Part shown: in pieces, positions 1 to 12,342 of the stretch
How the letters are laid out: every line of letters starts with the position of its first letter
How positions within the stretch are numbered: the first letter of the stretch is position 1
From: Hydrolagus colliei
Taxonomy: Eukaryota
Direction of reading: 5' to 3'
DNA: 64,000 nucleotides
Assembly (NCBI GenBank): GCA_035084275.1
Contig: CM068757.1
Span: forward strand, 6,758,001 to 6,822,000
Notes under the pieces: model-generated
What the model saw: only the letters and a program-made list of their open reading frames with translations
The model's database searches: none
What the model was told of the DNA's origin: nothing
Made by a program: the position numbers and the translations under genes

Positions 1-3000
1 TTCAATTTTCAGTCCTTATGTATAAAGTTCACTGATTTCGTCAAATAGGAAATATCCTGGTCACTTTCAATTGCCTCCAAATGAGACTTGAGGGGGAAAA
101 ATAGTCAGCCTTTTCACTATCATCAGCCAGTGACTTCCCTCTGCTGGAAGTTTTGTACATCTGTCAATGACATTGGGAAAGCATGTGATTGGGCTCAGCT
201 GTGATGTAAAAAAAATGTTCTTGATGTTTGTCCGAGGTTTGTCCTTCACAAACAAACATGTGCCTCTTTTCTGCTGCATTGACATATCTGAACGTAACCA
301 AAGGCTTTGTTTTGAATTTACCTCCTCTTATCACATCAAGTACAGTCCCTTATGTTCGTACCTCTATATAAATCCCCCTGAGAAATCCCTTTCAAGTCTT
401 AAGAGCCCTAGTTTATAGTCCTTAAAGTGAGATAGAAACGTGTGTTATGTTAAAACAACTTTTTATAACTTCCAATTTTGAATATTAAACAGGACTAAGA
501 TTCTCTAAGGTATTACACAAAGGCTACAATAGCTACCCTCTTAATGAAAAAAACATAAATCAGCAGTCACTTCTAAAATATTCACTGGTTTAAAACATTT
601 ATAGTGTTCTTTTTCAAAAACAATCCTAATAATAACCCCTGCATTTGATTCAACAGCTTATCACGTGATCGAGACATCTCAAAGCGCTTCGCAGGATATA
701 CTGTAAAGTGGTTTGACAGTGTATTTTGTGGGTGAAACATGGCAGCCAGTTTGATCGCAAGTCCTAATAGCAAACCTTAATTTATCGATTAATGTTTAAC
801 TTCAAGCTTGATGTAAACTAAGTTTTCTTTAAAAAAAACTTACATTTAAAAAAAAAAGATTATGGTTGTTTGCAAAGAACTGAAACAAGTTCCTTGGTCC
901 TGCTGTGATAGTAAGCATGGAATAAGTTAGCAAATCGAACCATTTACACTATATATATATATATATGTTTTTGAAAAGTGAACCAAGACAATGACATGCC
1001 GGCTGCAAAAGCTATTCACATTAATATTATTCTCAATATATTCAATCGCAACAGAAAAATAATAATAATCCTTGCATTTATTATAGCGCCTTTCATGTCT
1101 TCTAGATGTCTCAAAGCACTTCACAGAATATTCTGTAAAGTGAATTGACTCTGTGTGTGTGTATACACATATACACACACACGTATGCAAGTATGCCAAA
1201 GCATCTTACCTACATTCCTGGAAAATTCAAACTCAAAACTTCACTCATTTCTTATAAGAAGAAAGAACTGCATATGTCCACATCAGCCTCAAAGGTTAGG
1301 AATGGAGATCAAGTGGTTTCCAGATGAAATTTCAAAGGAATGGGCATCACTATATAACTTGTCACTCATGACAGATGAATAATAAATTCAAAGTTCCTTT
1401 TCAATCTTAATGTTTCACAATTGTATATTAATAATTCTATATACAGTACTGTGTTCATGGATTAAAAAGTTGTTTTAATGAGCTGCATATATAATTTAAA
1501 AAGTTGCACTGTGCATATCAGTGTTTTAATTTAAAATTGGGTTGAATAATTAAATAGTTAAAAGTGTAAAAGTTTATAAATCAAACTATCCTTTGACTGA
1601 ATAAGCAACATTCATGCACAAATACTGACATAAAGGAAAATTAAGATGCAGAAGCAAACGAAAATAGCATTATAAATCCCTGTACATTTCAATTTTAGCC
1701 TAAAGAATCATTAGAAAATTTACCTGTATGAACTTCTAAATTACAGGATCTATTCTACAAATCCCATTTTACTATAACTTTGTTATAACCCGCAGTTTTC
1801 TATACTGCAGACGTCTGTAAAACCTTGGGGAGTGAATATAAATTTCAAAAATTGGATTTTAGTACTACACTTCAACTGATAACAATATTTGCTTTCTGAG
1901 GATATTTAAGAAAGCTGATAAAATTATTTTAACCAACTCTAACAAAGCCAAACCTACATGGCTTGAAACAGTGTGACCCTAAATATTCTATGATATAATA
2001 AAACCACAAAAAATGTGTCAATTATTACCACATAACCATCTGGTCTATCATTACCCCAGGTAATCAAATAGGAAGTCTTCCAAGCTTCACTGCTTACTTT
2101 TTTCTAAAAAAAAGCCTTACACTCAGAAATCAATACAAGTCATGTTTCCCAAAATATAAACCCCTTCATTACTCCAACAAAAAAAATGCATTTAAAATAT
2201 ATATGAATACACAATCATCCCTTTCTCTAACGTTATTCAGGTTTAGTCAACCTCCTGATAAATTACTCCCATACAAAGTCCTTGGGTTTTGCTCTAATGA
2301 AATTAGGTTGCAAGTCTAAAAAGATAATACTGTATGTAGTTATAAAACATAAAAAGCAAAATGTCAGCATTTACTGATCAACTTTCAGATTTATCGTGAG
2401 TAAAGTTAGTATTGCACAACATAAGTGTTTTTAAAATCAACTTTCATTTTCTAATCTGAACCTTTAGTTTTAAAATTCTTAACATGTCATGTTTGAATGT
2501 GAAATTGACTGAAATCATATGTAGGCAACTCACTGATGGGAAACCAGAAACAGTGTCCCCAAATTAGTAGATGTGGAATGTTATAAAGCAGAAGCATCAG
2601 CTTTGGGAAATTTAAGGGTGAAATGATCAGAAAAGGAGCACATAAACTCATAAAGTTGCTCATTGAAGGTCCGTCTGAAGGCCTTCCTTGACTGCACTTT
2701 GTCAGTAATTCAGTTACTCTGGTCCTTAGGAAAGGCTTTTAAAAAACACATTCAAGTTGTGACTAAATTAATATGAAACTATTAAATAGCAGGCCACTGA
2801 TTAGTAGAAGCCAGGTTCATTTCTAAAAAAAAACACTTCAACTCGAGTATGCTTAACATAAGTAACTCAATAGCATGATAACATGTTGCATCACAGAAAA
2901 GTAAGACACTGGTTTATATATATTTCCCACAACAAGTTTCTACTTTTAGCCAGGACTTCAGTGGGAGTCCTGGCTATATGGGAGCCATTACTACATGGGG

Positions 3001-5625
3001 GAGGAAGAGCAAACAAGAAACTCAACTCTACTACTCACACCACCTGGAAAAGAATTACTGTACTGTATTTTATCAGTTAAGTAATTTTTTTTATGGAGAG
3101 GGAATGGAGAAAATAATTACACTTTGCAAAATAATGGTGCTGTGTTAATGTGCATTGTACACTCACTGAACATACTGAAACACCCAAAAGCAAATCAAAA
3201 TCAGTTCTTACACTCATTTTAGTTTCTAGGTTATGGAAACAGTAGACAATGAGTTAACTATAAAATAAAAGTTGAATCTACTCTTCCCTTGGCTTCTCGT
3301 TTCCCTTTGACACTCACTATGCTTCCCACTTCCTTCTGTCACCATTATGGTAAACTAAATTCTTCTCATTAAGTCGGTGGTAATTCTATTGACGATACCT
3401 ACCAATATATGTTCTGAGAATGAGCACTTCACACTTTTGACCAACAAGAATCAATGGAGTTCAGTATTCTTTACTCTTCCATCGCTTAAAAGGTAGAAAT
3501 TACCAACATATCAGTTTTGGGAAAAAAATGGCTATTATCCGGACAACCTCTGTTATGAATAAGAAATGCAATGTACTTGGGTCAAGTCAGGAGCATTACA
3601 AGGTGTTTCAGTAATGGTGCCAAACAGAGCAATGATATGATCCTCAATCCTGCAAGGTTGGATTAACCCAAATACAGTTGTTTCTTTTAAATATAGGGTT
3701 TCTTCCCTTCCTTCACCTAAAATAATCTCATGACTCATATCTTCCTTGGCAAAGTGGTGAGGTTAGTGATCTACTCCTAGGTTTCTACATACATTGCCTA
3801 TAATTGGCTGATAACTATTCTGAAAGATTGGCCCCAAATTCCTTCAGATTAGTCCCTCAAGGTAAAACATCTGGCTTCCACTTGAACACTGCCTTGTATT
3901 AGTAAATGTAATGCAACAAACAAATCATATCCAAGCATTCCATGGGCAACTCACCAACACTCCAGAACTATGCTATCCAACAGCTCATTAACTAATACGA
4001 TCCAGGGTATAAATTACAATTTTACAACTTAAAAACCAAGATATCAATTAATTTACTTTAACCACCATAAATTTTCTTTAAAATCAATTTACGGTAGTTC
4101 TAGAGAATTTACACTCAACTCCACATACTCCATTTACACGTTCAAACAATGTCATTGTTTAAAACCATCTGTTTAAACAAAGTACTTTTAATTGATAAAC
4201 AATTTAAGAAGTGGTGATATTCATACAACTGGTTGAAGTCTTGTTCAGCCTGTGAATAATCCATTGCAAATATTTTGAAACCGTTATATCAGGTCTTTAT
4301 AAAGTTGATCAAAATCTATTACAGAAAAGTGAAAATTTCAGAGATAATCAAGACCAAGCTTTATTGTTGGTTGTTTTGTTTAGCGATTAGTTTTGATTCA
4401 ATTGATATAAATGTGCACAATGTTACAATAAAGGCTCACACTTTGCAGGATAGTTCTCATTTAAACACTAATATATATTTCGCCCACAAATATATACCGT
4501 AGTCAGCTTTCCTGCTCTCCTTCCCCCTGCACCGACCCCTCCCTTTGCCATTTTTCCTCTAATCCCACTTCTATGACTGTTTGTGGGACACTGCTGTGTA
4601 CAATTTGGCTGCCGCATTTCGCCCACAAATATACAGGCAATTTTCCTACTCTTCTTCATCCTACCCGACCCCTCCCACTGCTCGTGTCCCTACCTAACTG
4701 TACAGTGCCTTGGGACGTCCTCGCGATGTGAAAGGCGCTATATAATTGTAAATTTTGATTGACTGATAGGATTAGATATGATCACATTTCTATTAGTTAG
4801 TAAATAAGTCTGGAAGTTAGTAAACAAGTCTGGATCCGCAAGTCTGCAACAACTGTTCACACCAGAGAAGTACCAGTCATCTGCTGCCAATATTTATTAT
4901 TATTAATAACAACAAGAATTCTTGCATTTGATATAACGCTTTGCTGTATTAGGTACCTTAAAGCACTGAACAGAATATATTCCCACAATTCTCTGAATGG
5001 GCATTGCGCATTTTTGTTACCACAATGGTATGTATCACCCTCATCTTTAAGGTTACTGTACAATGAAAGCTCAACAGAATTCAAACTAAAATAGTGTGGA
5101 AAATTCAATGTCCAAAATAGGCTAAGAATTAGTGAATCTGCTCGTTAAGTCATCATACCCAATAATTTAGTGAACTTTATTAAAAAAAATTAAAAACAAA
5201 AGATAGACATTAAAATTGCATGAAGGTTCCCAGACTACCAAAACTTTCAGAGGATGACAAATACATCACTTTATAACTAGCTTAGCTCCAAGGCAAGTCT
5301 GCTTTCTTCCTCACACCTCCTACCATTATAATAATAAAAATAACTTTATTATGAAGCGAACAGTTGATAGTAGATGGCATCAATAAAAAAAACACTATCA
5401 AATACTTTTTAAAAAATAAAAGTGATTAAATTAGAAAGCACAATTATTTTCCAGATTTGTCTCTCTTGTAATGTAAAATGAACGACTAATAATGAGAGTT
5501 CAGGAATTAAAAGATTGTAAACTACATCCTACTCATAGCAAAACCACTGCAAATAATGAAGCATCTTAAGAAGACCAGGAAATTAAATCATGGAAAATAG
5601 TTTAAAATGGTAAATGGTACCTTAC

Positions 5626-5687
5626 CCAGTATTGTTTTATAACTTGTTGAAGAATTTCCCTACAACTTGAAGGCAACCATTTTTGCA
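5626..5687 (-). other. Probable 62-nt internal exon of the minus-strand gene
   Basis: Acceptor ccctctttctcag| and donor TGG|GTAAGG, both close to consensus. Confidence 0.6.
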
Positions 5688-6514
5688 CTGAGAAAGAGGG
5701 CAATTTAAAACAATAATCCTCAAGTCCAAAGGTCAGCAAATTATAATGGCATTCATTTGCTTTCAAGCAGTTCATAATTCCTACCACAAAGCCTTTCAAT
5801 ACATAAAAAACAGGGAAATTGGGGTCTAGACCAAACAAGACAAGAACAAGCTTGGAATTTTTAAAAAAAGGAACTGTTAACAGGTAGTGCTAACTTTGGA
5901 AATTATTTCCATTAATAGTCCTCAGTGATAACATATGATGCCCCATATATCTGATATGAATATGGAAAACAACTAATAGAAAATGCAAAACTGCCAGTCA
6001 CCAGTCGTGACATTCTAAATCACAAGTGCATAATTAATAGAACTCCAAGATGGAATTTAAGCTATAAACTCATTGTTTATATCTTCTTTACAGTAGATTT
6101 CTTTAAAATTTTATGTTTTAAGCATTTAAGTCTTGGGTCATCCTCACAACGTGAAATGTGCTCTATAAATGTAAATTTGTTGCTGTTATTTTGTTGTTTT
6201 ATTATGTATAGTTGCAAGCAACAGGATTTAGGGCAGGTGAAAACATGCAGGTTCTGATGGTATAGAAACCACACCCCAGTTTTCCAGAGTATATATTGTA
6301 TGATTAACTTAACTATATTGCCCTTATTATACTTAACCCAGAAGTGCAAGTGAAGTGCTGAGGATCACTTCATTCACTCAATTCACTTTAAAGTATATTT
6401 GAAATGGTGTATCCCTGGTTACTGGCATCATATCAAGTTATGCCCAAATGGAACACAGTGGAACTCTAGGTTCTGCAAGAAATTGAAGAACACAAAATAA
6501 TATTGATGAAATAT

Positions 6515-6645
6515 GTAATATTCATACAATGTCCCACAAACAGCCATGAATGAATGACCAATATTATTTGGGGAATTGTTGGCCAGGACACTGGAAGAAA
6601 CTTGCTTCTCTTTTCGAAAGTGCCATGGGAATGCTTCTTGATCGA
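6515..6645 (-). mobile_element. Old DeuSINE fragment retaining the Deu core domain
   Basis: Minus strand TCCCATGGCACTTTCGAAAAGAGAAGCAAGTTTCTTCCAGTGTCCTGGCCAACAATTCCCC resembles the Deu domain as I recall it from AmnSINE1/SacSINE1, followed by GCTGTTTGTGGGACATTG; a more decayed copy may lie at ~34700-34870(-). Confidence 0.65.
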
Positions 6646-7756
6646 AAGAAACAACCACACATATAAGAGGCTCACACACTCACTCATGGATCTCATTATA
6701 AGTTAAATATACCCTATACCCTCAACAGACAGGTTTTGAACAGATTACCAGTACGTATGAGTTTAATACTTATAATGCAATCATTGCAACAATTCACTGA
6801 ACTGGTAACATTAACATAACTGGTAAATAAAAGAATTACTATTTTCAAAATACATGTTCATATTATGCAACTCAACAACGTCTTTGCCTGCAGATTCAGT
6901 ACACTGATAAAGCATTTACTAGATCAAAAAGAGTATCTCAAGTGTCTCAGTTCTAATCAGAATTTGAAAATGAAAACTACAAACAGAAAGATGACACAGC
7001 AAATGCATACTAATCTCCAACTTAATGCCTCACGAACCAATTCTTCAAAGTTAGTCTGGGGACCAAAGGGTAAAGGAAGCCATTAGTTGCATTTAAAAAC
7101 ATACATAAACACAAGAGTAACTGGGAAAACAACGCAGAGCAATCGATTATGCCAAAACCAGGAATTTCGAAACATTTCCAGATTTGTACCTGCTACAATT
7201 GGGAAGCAAAGTGCGACATAAAATATGACCACACGCGCACACACAGACACAGAAAAATTGCAGCGAGAGAAATTGTACAGCGAAAGCTTACACAGACAAT
7301 GTTGTTGTGACAGAAAAATCCCTCACTCAACCGTCGCCTCTGAAAGCAAAGCAATCATAAAGAGTCGGAAATTAATCCATCCGCCACTCACCGGTGGAAT
7401 ATAAAAACACAACAACAGCTGGTCCCCCCCAAAAAAGGGGGCTTTTTAAAATCTTTTATAATATATCTATACATATATATAATAAAATAAAAACACTCTT
7501 TCTTGTCTTGTCTGGATGGGATTCCCTAACCATTAGGCTTTCCCAACAACAGCGGTGGAGGGGGCGGGATAAAGGGACATCAACAACCTCCCGCACTGTA
7601 CTAGACAAGCTACAAACAACAGGAGCAGGAGGACAGGCCCCGGGCCACAGACTTTACCTCCTCTTCCTTCTCCTCCTCCTGGTTACCACAAAATAAATGG
7701 GGGGGGGGGGGGGGCAAACACACACAGAGAGAGAGAGAAGCCACACCAATACGTAC

Positions 7757-8100
7757 CCAACGGTTTCATAAAAATCTATTATTCGCAGTGATTAACGAAA
7801 AGGAGGGTAGCCAGGGAACTGTGCTAGAGAATAAACGTGTGTGTGTGTGTGAGAGAGAGGGAGAGAGATGCGGGGAGGGGGAGAGTAAGAAATGAGTATT
7901 GGCTCGAACGCGAAATAAATTTTCACAAGCGGTCGGCGGGAAAGCAGAGCTACAAACCCCACCAAGTTTCCAAGATGGCGCCCGTCTGTACCAGTGCGGC
8001 TCGAGCTCCGAGCGGGCGGATGCGGCTTGTTTTTGACAATCCCAGCAGCCAACGCGCACCTCCCCTCCCCTCCCCCCCAACCACCACCAGTCCAACCTGT
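7757..8100 (-). other. Probable first exon (5' leader) of an unidentified minus-strand gene; 5' boundary approximate
   Basis: Lies just downstream of the promoter motifs on the minus strand and ends at donor TGG|GTACGT (GT at 7756-7755). Confidence 0.55.
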
Positions 8101-8400
8101 CAATCAATCTACGGCGGCTCCTCCTCCTCTCCCCCCCCCCCCCCACCCCTCCAGCCGGGTGGAGGAAGATAAACAAGCCGAGGCCAACCTGTCAATCAAG
8201 CGATTAAGTCCCACCCATCCCCAACCCCCCCTCCCAACCCGGCAGCTCCCTACTCTCACCAGTCATTCGGACACATCCGTCAATCACAGCCCCAGTTGAC
8301 CAATCAGAGGAGCGCCCCAGCACTAGGGCGAACAGCCCGCCCCCTTTTTTTTGTACCCCTGGTCCCATTGGCTGCTTTCTCTCTTTTTGGGGGGTCAATG
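7960..8400 (-). promoter_or_regulatory. CpG-rich promoter of a minus-strand gene
   Basis: Local CpG/GC enrichment in AT-rich surroundings; YY1-like CAAGATGGCG 7971-7980; CTGTCAATCA at 8097 and 8189, CCGTCAATCA at 8277; CCAAT boxes at 8300-8304 and 8367-8371; GC box CCCGCCCC at ~8336-8343. Confidence 0.75.
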
Positions 8401-10228
8401 ATCCCCCCTGTGTGTTGTGTGTTGGGTGAATAACCATCAGAATCGTCATCATCGCAATAAAAATCCTTGCATTTCAAATATAGTGCCTTATCACGCCTGC
8501 TCGACGTCCCAAAAACACTTCCCGGGATATACTGTGAAGTGAATAGGCTGTGTATTCTGTGGGCGAAACGTACACAAAACAGTCTTGTGGATACTGTGTG
8601 GGCGGAGGAGATCTCTTGTCGGTCAAGAAGTGTCATGGACCTATTTGTTTTACACACGCACTCACAATAACAAGCGGAAATAAAAGAGACGGGTTATGCC
8701 AATGTTTCAGGAGAACAATAAGTGACAGTTTTTAACCAGATGACTCTCGCTGTCGATTAACGGGGGCGGGAGGCAAACGGGAGTCGTGGAAAGGGTTGGA
8801 AACCAATAGCTCGATTGCATCTGGTTTAAAGGGTCGGGTTCCTCTTGGGGAGCTTCTGTGGCTAGGCTCAGTTCCTGTAGCAAGACTGTGATGCAAACCT
8901 GCCATTTTGCACTCTGAAAATAAATTGTAGTATATTCACAACAAAGCAAGATCATTTCTTTACCAGATACCAAAAAACATAATGCATAACCTACACCTAG
9001 CAATTTAATCTTATTGTCATACATTGTACCATATGTCCTCTTTTACCTTTGATGCCGATGTTTATTACACTTTTAACCATCTTTTTATCAAACAATTTGA
9101 AAATCTTCAATTTATAAGCAGGTATCTGTATCAAATGCAACTATTACTGTATTCCCCATTCTTCGATGGGACATTCTTTTATTTGAATAATGTGTTCCTA
9201 ATATTACCCACACATTTGATGTTTGCAAAATATCTAATTAGATTAGATCAACTAAATTCCACCTAGCATTCAGAGAAAGTCTGTTACAATAATAGCATTT
9301 ATTCAGAATAATTTGTCACATATTCACTGTGCTGCTTCAGATTGTAAGAACATTTTAATATTGGTTCGAGAAAAAAAAAGCTAAGAGGATAAAGTTGAAG
9401 AGCTACGGTTTCAGAAAGTGGATTGTATTCCCTGACCATTTTCCTTTTGAAAGCATGAGTTGTTGCTTTGGCTACATACAAACAAACTTCTAGCTGGGTT
9501 GATGGCATCAACTAAAAGCTGACTAAACCTTTTGTTCTAAGCTCTTTATGTAAATCTTCCATGTGTGGGGCAGACTAAGCCCAATTTCAATTCTGCTTTC
9601 CAAGTACTTTTCAAAAACTAATGTCATTTTTGGAATTCCTCACCCTCATTAGTATCAATTTGGAGCAATTAAGATATTAGAATAGGGCATTATTCCTTAA
9701 ACCAACTATACAGCAATGCATTTATGAAAAGGATTACAAATGGGAGATAAAGTGGGGCTTTTCCTGATCTACAGGGTAAATATATACTGTAATACATTCC
9801 TGTCAATAAATGGAAAGTCACTTAAAATGGATACCTTGCAGCTTGCGTTTGATTTGTCTCGATATGCTGTACAGTATGTGATTTAATGTATTTTTAAGTA
9901 TTGAAACCATAAAATTGATAAGTGATGAGCATTCATTATTTATTTCTCTATCATTTTTGATCATTACGATAGTTACATATCTTCAGGTCAGATAGTGGAG
10001 ATCATTCATGTAAACGGGTAGAAAAAAAGATTACAAATGAGCAAAATGCATGAAATAAGTGGAGCAGTTTTAACTATATCTAATGTGCAATTCAGGATCC
10101 TGAAATGTTACCTTCCCTTCGACTTTCAGTTGCCGAATGACTAGCTCTGGATTTCCTGCATTTTCTCTTTTTATTTGAAGCTCACTTGCAGTTTTTTCAA
10201 GTTTTTACATTAAAACCCAATGGTTCAA

Positions 10229-10251
10229 TGTGTGTGTGTGTGTGTGTGTGT
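10229..10251. repeat. (TG)n microsatellite
   Basis: Directly visible; others at ~7837-7850, 54336-54353 and (CT)n at 37640-37662. Confidence 0.95.
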
Positions 10252-12091
10252 CAGCATGGATGTTTTCTCTCTCTCTAGCACATTTGTAATTGATACATTA
10301 TAAATCCTTAAATTGCATGTTTATCCCCACTGTCCATAACACAAAGCTGGAACCTTCATTGAGAAGAAATTGAATCTTGAGGTCTGGTTCTCTTTCATTA
10401 TTATAATACCATTGTACAGTATTTTAAATTGGCATTTGGAAACCAAAATGCTTTCTGTTTCCAACACAACATAGTTTATTAGCACCCTGTAGTCTTCCTG
10501 AGTTCATGGTGTGGATTCAAGCAGGTCATCCATATTTTCAGAAATCATTTTTTGAAGAATTGTTCTAAGAAACAGCATAAACAGGCCATCATTTTCTTAG
10601 TACGTCAGACCAACAATTAGCGGGTATCCATTCAGGAGACACAAATTCCATACTGCTTAATATATTGACAAAAGTTAAAGCCAACCTTTATGAAAGCCTG
10701 AGTTTAAGATTGCCTGGAGCTCATCTCAAATGACTTTTGATGGAGATTCTTATTAATAATAACAATATATACTATGTAAATGTACTGTTCAACAAACTGT
10801 AAACTGACATTAAAACTTATTTTCTCTGAGTTTTAGGGAGTTTTATTGATTCCAGCTATAGGTTTGAGGGAGTTATCCAGAATTGGAACCTGGAATTTCC
10901 AGAACAGAAACACGCCATGTGGCCTTTCATCTGTCGACATGCTGGTACTATTTTCATCTATGGAGTTATACAATGCCACCCTTCTGGTCTTTCCCAATAA
11001 AGTCAAAATAATTCTTCATGTTGTGCAACCAACTTAAACAGCCAACAGTATTTGGCTGTGAAACTACAGAATTCTACATATCAATAATAATCCTTGCAGT
11101 AGATGTACAGTAGTGCCTTTCACCCAGGGAGCACATCACAGGATTCACTGGAAAGTGTGGCTACTGCATTTTGTAGGCTCTTTCTAAAGCAAATAAATCA
11201 GGCAAATATAATTTTAAGATGCATAATGAGGAGCATTAAGTTGAAGGAGCTTGTGTTTGCTCCTCCCAAAGCTTGAATTACATCAGATACACATCAAATG
11301 CAGGTTTTGTCTCTGTGTTCACTGAAATATATCAATTAGGGTAGAAAGTAAGGAGATATTTCCATATCATACAAATTTAGGAAGCAGAAGCTTTGATTAG
11401 CGTCATTAAAAGCAAGAAAGGTTTTATTGGAGAACCTGATGAAGTGCATAAAATGACAAAGGGACTTAATAAAAAAGGACGTAAGAGATGCTGTGGTGTC
11501 TTAGCTTAATGTACACTATTCAATATGTACTCAGTGAATAGAGAGGAAAGCTCTCAGGTTCGATAATTCACATGAGCACTTCCAACGGAGAGTGGAGAAG
11601 AAATCAGTCAGGGTACAAACTCCTTTTCTGACCCCAGATAATTTTTAAACAAATGTTAATTTGCTTCACAGCTGTTTATGGCACATTTCTGTGTCCAAAA
11701 GTGACTTTCTCATTCACCAGCAAAACAAAACAATCACATTATATTGAGTGAAATGTTTTGGGACATCCACTGAGATGAAACACACCATACCAAGAGTAAG
11801 AAATATAATTGCTGTATTATCTTGTGTCTGTACTGACATTGATATCCAGTAACCTTTGTAGGAAAATACCCATCTGTAGATGTCAGCTGAAGATGCAATT
11901 ATAATATCCCATGGTTGGGCATCCTGCTAACACTTGAAGAATGAGGTAACAGAGAGACCTCAGCACATGTGAACACAAACAGAGCATGAGTCAGCATTCA
12001 CAGAAAAAAAGGGAAGGCGGAGGAAGAAAACAAGAAGTTGAGATATTATTAACATTTAGATTTAAAGCACAGAAAGAGTATTTTGGAATGT

Positions 12092-12342
12092 ACAACAACA
12101 AAACAAAATTACATTTATAGAGCGCCTTTCATGTCGGGAGGACGTCCCAAGGCGCCGAGCAGCCAGGGATCGGGACTCGAGTACGGGGGAGGGCCAGGGT
12201 AGGGTGGGGGGATAGAGGGAGGGAGAGAGGTGGGAGGTTGGCAGAAGGCACGATCGAAAAGGAGGGTCTGGAGACCGGCTTTGAAGGAGGCAAGGGAGGA
12301 AGCGAGGTGAAGGGACTGTGGGATGGAGTTCCAGAGTGTGGA
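12092..12342 (-). mobile_element. L2 LINE 3' end
   Basis: Reverse complement of the same tail and ORF2 end (TLWNSIP..FKAGL..LLFDRA). Confidence 0.85.

Noticed and set aside
1205-1400. Further minus-strand exons (donor-like GTAAG at 1209-1205; also ~1722 and ~3954)
   Set aside because: No convincing paired acceptor or recognisable coding frame, so the gene cannot be named and these exons are not called.
7766-8299. Overlapping 100-136 aa Pro/Gly-rich ORFs
   Set aside because: By-product of the GC-rich, low-complexity promoter; no domain resemblance.
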